Positions 33,421-37,273 of a DNA stretch of 37,273 bases are shown here, piece by piece. Source of the stretch: Acidimicrobiales bacterium (lineage in GTDB: Bacteria; Actinomycetota; Acidimicrobiia; Acidimicrobiales; CADCSY01); assembly GCA_035942015.1 (NCBI GenBank), contig DASZDM010000220.1:1-37273 (forward strand), read 5' to 3'. Position numbers and translations under genes: made by a program. Each line of letters starts with the position of its first letter. Within the stretch, counting starts at the first letter, position 1. The notes below the pieces were generated by a model. The model worked only from the letters and a program-made list of their open reading frames with translations. It did no database searches and was not told the origin of the DNA.

Positions 33421-33426
33421 TAGCCT
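33421..33426 (+). promoter_or_regulatory. -10 element (TAGCCT) positioned for a leaderless Zn-ribbon gene-pair transcript
   Basis: cccatTAGCCTgagtcgATG has a 6-nt spacer to ATG 33433. Confidence 0.4.
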
Positions 33427-33432
33427 GAGTCG

Positions 33433-33726
33433 ATGAGCTCCGAGCCTTCGGGCACTCGAAGTTCCAGTGAAGACGCTGATCATGGTTCCTCGCCGGCCGC
33501 TGAGGCGGCCGACGAGCTCCGTCGCCTGCTGGGGGCGCCAGAGCCGGCTGACGTCCCCATCGACACGCCGCCCGGGCCTGCGCTTGCGGCCCCGGAAGGG
33601 AAGACCCTGGGTCGGGCCGTCTGGCGCTGCGAACACTGCGGCTGGGAGTACGAGGCGTGGGTCCGGCCGCAGTGCCCGGAGTGCTTCACCATGTCGACGC
33701 AGGCCATACGGTGGGTGGGGCTGTGA
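33433..33726 (+). CDS. small zinc-ribbon protein (97 aa), unknown family
   Basis: An acidic, disordered-looking N-terminus is followed by WRCEHCGWEYEAWVRPQCPEC (CxxC-x13-CxxC). High GC3. The stop overlaps the next start (GTGA). Confidence 0.6.
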   Translation: MSSEPSGTRSSSEDADHGSSPAAEAADELRRLLGAPEPADVPIDTPPGPALAAPEGKTLGRAVWRCEHCGWEYEAWVRPQCPECFTMSTQAIRWVGL

Positions 33727-33962
33727 CCGAGGCCGCCGGCGAATACCTCTATTACCGGTGGGCCGGGTTCTTGTTGCGTCACCCGGTCGACGACCGGGAC
33801 CAGGCGGAGATCCTGAAGGCGATGCAGTGGTCACCGGCTCCCAAAGAGGCGGTGATCGACATCTCGGCGCTGGTGGAAGACCATCCCCCCGGCGGTTGGT
33901 GTACCCGCCTGAGCCCCACGGAAGCGTCCCGCATGGCGGCCAGCTTCGGCATCACGCTGTGA
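33723..33962 (+). CDS. hypothetical protein (79 aa) translationally coupled to the zinc-ribbon gene
   Basis: The in-frame GTG at 33723 within track ORF 33657..33962 gives (M)TEAAGEYLYYRWAGFLLRHPVDDRDQAEILKAMQWSPAPKEAVIDISALVEDHPPGGWCTRLSPTEASRMAASFGITL. The composition looks globular. No family recognised. Confidence 0.5.
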   Translation: MTEAAGEYLYYRWAGFLLRHPVDDRDQAEILKAMQWSPAPKEAVIDISALVEDHPPGGWCTRLSPTEASRMAASFGITL

Positions 33963-34208
33963 GGGCTACTCCGCGCTGAGCGCCGGTGATCAAGAGCGAT
34001 CGGGAGCGAGTACGCCTCCCGTTCCTCCCACACCGGACGTCGTCCCTATCGGCTAGTTGCGCAGGATGCGGCTGGCCCGCGCCTGCGCCGGCTGCCGGTC
34101 ACCTCTGGCGCCGCCCTCGACGGGGAGATCCTCGACACGGCCCTTCGCCTAGCCGCCGGCACCGTCCGCCGCCGGCGCTGTTCGCGGCGTGAACCTGATG
34201 CATTGCGG

Positions 34209-34562
34209 TCAGAAGGTGAGACCGTCGTCGATGGCGCTGGCGGCCAGCTGCTCGAAGACCTTGGTGACGTCGAGTTCCTCGCTGTCGTCGCCGGTCGCCA
34301 GCTGGCCCACGCCGGAGAGGGCGACCTGTAGGAGGGCGACGAGCGAGCACAGCATGGCTGCCGCCCGCTCGGTCTGCGCCGGCGACGGGTTGAGTCCCTC
34401 GTAGATCTCGGTCAGGGCGCTACGCAGCACCACCCGGAGCAGCGAAGCGTCGTCCTCGATGGTGAGGTAGGCGGTGACCAGCTCCCGCGCGGTGGCCGCA
34501 GCTTCGGCCGCCGCCGGCGATGCCGGGTCCAGCGCCGGCACGAAAGGATCAGCCTGGTCCAT
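34209..34562 (-). CDS. hypothetical acidic helical protein (117 aa)
   Basis: MDQADPFVPALDPASPAAAEAAATARELVTAYLTIEDDASLLRVVLRSALTEIYEGL... has high GC3. ATG 34562 (GTG 34568 in the track). No family recognised. Confidence 0.55.
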   Translation of the reverse strand: MDQADPFVPALDPASPAAAEAAATARELVTAYLTIEDDASLLRVVLRSALTEIYEGLNPSPAQTERAAAMLCSLVALLQVALSGVGQLATGDDSEELDVTKVFEQLAASAIDDGLTF

Positions 34563-34649
34563 GCGCACAGTCTGGCCGACGACGACCAGGATGCCCTCGT
34601 CAGCGACGGCCCGCTGAGCTGATCCGACGCTCTGTCGGCGTCTGCCCCG

Positions 34650-35096
34650 TCAGACCTCGCCGCGCCAGGCGCCGGTCTCCACGCCTTGCTGCTCGATGAA
34701 CTTCTTGAAGCGCTCGAGGTCGCCGCCGATCCGGCGCTTGACCAAGCCGAGCTTGTCGGCGGCCTTCTCGGCCAGACCCTCGGGTTCGTAGTCGAGCTCG
34801 AGGCTGACGGTGGTGCCCCCGGCGTCGCTCGGCTGAAAGGTCACCACTCCCCCCTGGTCCGGGCCGTCAACCGTTCGCCAGGCGATACGGCGGTCGGGCA
34901 CCTGCTCGGTGATCTCTGCGTCGAACTCCCGAGTGACTCCACCGATCTCGGTACGCCAGTGCGTCCGGGTCGGGGTGATCTGGGTGACCTCCTCCACGCC
35001 CTCCATGAATGCAGGGAAGGACTCGAACTGTGTCCACTGGTCGTAGGCGGTGCGGACCGGTACGTCCACGTCGATCGACTGGTCGATGGTGTCCAT
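34650..35096 (-). CDS. SRPBCC family protein (polyketide cyclase/dehydrase-like fold)
   Basis: IDVDVPVRTAYDQWTQFESFPAFMEGVEEV...HWRTEIGGVTREFDAEITEQVPDRRIAWR is typical of the cyclase/dehydrase SRPBCC family. AGGAGG lies 6 nt before the ATG. Confidence 0.85.
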   Translation of the reverse strand: MDTIDQSIDVDVPVRTAYDQWTQFESFPAFMEGVEEVTQITPTRTHWRTEIGGVTREFDAEITEQVPDRRIAWRTVDGPDQGGVVTFQPSDAGGTTVSLELDYEPEGLAEKAADKLGLVKRRIGGDLERFKKFIEQQGVETGAWRGEV

Positions 35097-35146
35097 GAGG
35101 TTCCTCCTGCGTCGTGGGCCCTCGGCCTACCCGCCGGCAGACCGGC

Positions 35147-35425
35147 TCAATCGATCGGCAGGCGGGAAAGGAGGTCGGCCTTGCGTTCCTCGAAGTCGTC
35201 GAGGGTGATCTGCTTGGCGTCGTACTGGTGGTGGATGTGTTCGATAAGGGCGAGGAGCTCCGGCGCCGACAGCTCGTGGACACCGTCGTCAGGAACGGCC
35301 TCCACGACCTCGGGGTCTTCGGTGTCGCCCAGTCGATCCTGGCGCACCTCCCGCTTGGCCGCGGCCTTGGCCTTCTTCGCCCGGTCCCGTTGCAGCTTGG
35401 CGAAACTGGTCCGTTGCGAGCCCAT
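35147..35425 (-). CDS. small conserved hypothetical protein (92 aa), Lys/Arg-rich N-terminus with a SHOCT-like C-terminus
   Basis: A strong SD (GGAAGGAG) lies 5 nt before the ATG. The C-terminal ELLALIEHIHHQYDAKQITLDDFEERKADLLSRL resembles the SHOCT short C-terminal domain; this assignment is tentative. Confidence 0.65.
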   Translation of the reverse strand: MGSQRTSFAKLQRDRAKKAKAAAKREVRQDRLGDTEDPEVVEAVPDDGVHELSAPELLALIEHIHHQYDAKQITLDDFEERKADLLSRLPID

Positions 35426-35470
35426 GAAATCTCCTTCCTAGAAACTGCTGGTGTATCTCCTCAGACGCGA

Positions 35471-35500
35471 CAGAGCCGCCGGACCCTGCCGGCGGCTCTG
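35471..35500 (-). terminator. perfect 12-bp GC-rich hairpin downstream of csp (putative intrinsic terminator without a U-tract)
   Basis: cagagccgccgg-accctg-ccggcggctctg is a perfect 12-bp stem with a 6-nt loop. It lies between the csp stop (35517) and the SD of the 92-aa gene. No T-run follows on either strand. Confidence 0.5.
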
Positions 35501-35516
35501 CGGATCGGCAAGGTCC

Positions 35517-35717
35517 TCAGATGGCCCGGACGTTCTGGGCTTCCTCGCCCTTGCGGCCGGGAGCCACGTCGAACTCGACATGCTGGCCCTCGTCGAGCGA
35601 CCGGTAGCCGCTCCCCTGAATGTTGGAGTAGTGGACGAACACGTCTTCGCCCTGCTCACGGGAGATGAACCCGTAGCCCTTCTCTGCGTTGAAAAACTTT
35701 ACGGTTCCTGTTGCCAT
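35517..35717 (-). CDS. cspA: cold-shock protein (CspA family)
   Basis: [33 protein letters not shown] carries the RNP1 (KGYGFI) and RNP2 (VFVHY) motifs. 66 aa. Confidence 0.95.
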   Translation of the reverse strand: MATGTVKFFNAEKGYGFISREQGEDVFVHYSNIQGSGYRSLDEGQHVEFDVAPGRKGEEAQNVRAI

Positions 35718-35946
35718 TGCCTTCTCTTCTCTACACAGCGAGCAAGTCCGACTGACTTCCTCATCGGTACCAGTCTAGGGGGAAGGGTGAGGGAACGCTC
35801 GCACCCGGACACCGACCGCTACCATGGCCGGGCTGGCGGCCATGCCGCAGTGGGCTGCGGGCTCCACGCCCCCTGGCCTGTCAAGGGTCATCAACGCCCA
35901 CCGCCCTGCCGTGCCTGCGCGCCGGTTCACCATTGGAGTTTTATTC

Positions 35947-37273
35947 GTGTCCGTCACCTTTGCCGATCTCGGGGTCCCCTCCGACATCGCCGACCGCCTC
36001 GCCCGACGGGGCATCACCGAAGCGTTCCCCATCCAGTCGGCCACTCTGGCCGACGCGCTGGCCGGCCGTGACATCTGCGGGCGGGCCCCGACGGGCTCGG
36101 GGAAGACCCTGGCCTTCGGCATTCCCCTGATCGCCCGCGTCGGCAAGGCTCGCGCCCGCCGCCCACGGGGTCTCGTCCTCGTCCCCACGCGGGAGCTGGC
36201 TGCCCAGGTGCGCAAGGAGCTGACCCTCTTGAGCTCCGCCCGAGGCCGTTCGGTCACCGCCATCTACGGCGGCGTGGGCTTCGGGCCCCAAATCGAGGCG
36301 CTGCGCAGCGGGACCGATGTGATCGTGGCCTGCCCCGGACGGCTTGCCGACCTGGTGGCCAAAGGGGAAGCACGTCTTGACGAGGTCGACCTGGTGGTCA
36401 TCGACGAGGCCGACCGTATGGCCGACATGGGCTTCCTTCCCGAAGTTCGGCGCCTGCTCGATCAGGTATCCCCCCAGCGCCAGATGCTGCTGTTCTCGGC
36501 CACCCTCGACGGCGCCGTCGACGTCCTCGTCCGCCGCTATCAACGGGACCCGGCCCGCCACGAGCTGGCTGCCGGCGCCGACGAGGTGCTCAGTCGCCAC
36601 CTGTTCTGGCGGGTCCAGCGGCCGGACCGTCTGGGCCTGACCGCCCAGGTCGTCGGAGCCGAGTGGCCCGCCCTGGTCTTCTGTCGAACGAAGCGGGGTG
36701 CGGACCGTCTGGCCGGCCAATTGGCCAAGCAGGGGGTCAGCGCCGTCGCCATCCACGGTGACCGGTCGCAGTCGCAGAGGGAGCGGGCGCTGGCCGCCTT
36801 CGTCGCCGGCCGGGTCCAGGCGCTGGTGGCGACCGACGTCGCCGCCCGGGGCATCCACGTCGACGGCGTGGCCTGCGTGGTGCACTTCGATCCCGCAGGT
36901 GACGAGAAGGACTACGTCCATCGCTCCGGGCGGACCGGCCGCGCCGGTGCATCGGGCACGATCGTGTCGTTGGTGGGCCCCCAGCAGATGGGCGACGTCG
37001 CCAAGCTCCAGGCTCGTCTCGGTCTCCCTCCCGGCATCGAGCCGGCCGATGTGGGCGACCTCGCCCACGACCGCCATCTGGCCAGCGTGTCGGCCGAGCC
37101 GAGGTCCTCATCGGCGGTGATGGAGGGCTTCCAGCCAGATGGGGCAAGGCGCCGGCCCCGACCGACTCGGAACCGTCCGGCGACGGGGCGAGGCGGCAGG
37201 ACGAACGGCGGAGGCCAGTCCCCCGGCACCGCCGCCAGGTCGGCCCGCCGGCGGGTCGGCCCGCCGGCGGGCC
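35947..37273 (+). CDS. DEAD-box ATP-dependent RNA helicase (3' end beyond the window)
   Basis: My own translation from GTG 35947 (no stop before the window end, so absent from the track) shows these motifs: Q motif (FPIQ), APTGSGKT, VIDEADRM, SAT, IHGDRSQSQRE, VATDVAARGIHV and HRSGRTGRAG. An Arg/Gly-rich tail follows. GGAG lies 9 nt upstream of the GTG. Confidence 0.9.
   Translation, partial: MSVTFADLGVPSDIADRLARRGITEAFPIQSATLADALAGRDICGRAPTGSGKTLAFGIPLIARVGKARARRPRGLVLVPTRELAAQVRKELTLLSSARGRSVTAIYGGVGFGPQIEALRSGTDVIVACPGRLADLVAKGEARLDEVDLVVIDEADRMADMGFLPEVRRLLDQVSPQRQMLLFSATLDGAVDVLVRRYQRDPARHELAAGADEVLSRHLFWRVQRPDRLGLTAQVVGAEWPALVFCRTKRGADRLAGQLAKQGVSAVAIHGDRSQSQRERALAAFVAGRVQALVATDVAARGIHVDGVACVVHFDPAGDEKDYVHRSGRTGRAGASGTIVSLVGPQQMGDVAKLQARLGLPPGIEPADVGDLAHDRHLASVSAEPRSSSAVMEGFQPDGARRRPRPTRNRPATGRGGRTNGGGQSPGTAARSARRRVGPPAG

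Noticed and set aside
33411-33426. A RecA-NDp/PafBC-type DNA-damage promoter (TTGTC...TANNNT) or a LexA box between the SRAP gene and the Zn-ribbon gene.
   Set aside because: TTGTC lies only 4 nt from the TAGCCT box rather than the ~12 nt of the motif as I remember it. No TCGAAC-N4-GTTCGA-like palindrome is present in 33386-33432.
37239-37270. A 16-bp direct tandem repeat (gtcggcccgccggcgg x2) at the window end.
   Set aside because: It lies inside the Arg/Gly/Pro-rich C-terminal tail of the DEAD-box helicase, where low-complexity repeats are usual. It is truncated by the window edge, so nothing more can be concluded.
1-37273. A genomic island, prophage or defence locus.
   Set aside because: There is no integrase, transposase or tRNA target, no flanking direct repeats and no visibly AT-shifted segment larger than short promoter-size patches. 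Gene content is core metabolism with conserved actinobacterial synteny.

Overview
Very GC-rich, GC3-skewed chromosomal segment from a mycothiol-producing actinobacterium. mshD is present. The split gcvPA/gcvPB and the gene order hint at a deep-branching lineage such as Acidimicrobiia, but that is inference only. I call about 47 CDS, almost all housekeeping, in this order:
- trpE (fragment), hisI and hisF.
- A roughly 7-kb block that interrupts the histidine operon: a YdeI-like gene, a 4-gene CUT1 sugar ABC importer and an ABC-F ATPase.
- hisA-hisH-hisB-hisC-hisD.
- nth, mshD, a VIT-family transporter, rlmN, a nucleotidyltransferase, a small membrane protein and a DUF3152 lipoprotein.
- menG-menF, a class II aldolase, a DivIVA-domain protein and a DUF4282 membrane protein.
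- An 11-gene co-directional array: SRAP peptidase, CDP-alcohol phosphatidyltransferase, an 829-aa nucleotidyltransferase/phosphomutase fusion, gcvH, FHA, MerR, bifunctional nuclease, MerR, gcvT-gcvPA-gcvPB.
- Several small orphan genes, an SRPBCC protein, a cold-shock protein and a DEAD-box helicase that runs off the window end.

I saw no rRNA, tRNA, CRISPR array, transposase, integrase or recognisable defence gene, and no convincing novel multi-gene system.

The strongest sequence-level signal is a recurrent TANNNT box ending 6-7 nt before the start codon of most operon-leading genes, which implies leaderless transcripts and fixes several start codons. Other leads:
- A leaderless, translationally coupled Zn-ribbon/79-aa orphan pair divergent from the SRAP gene.
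- A zinc-ribbon FHA protein in the garA position.
- A MalF-type permease with a large extracytoplasmic beta-sandwich insertion.
- A 199-nt convergent overlap between rlmN and its neighbour.
- Divergent start codons sharing one CCATGG.
- A 13-bp tandem repeat that places stop codons in all three frames.
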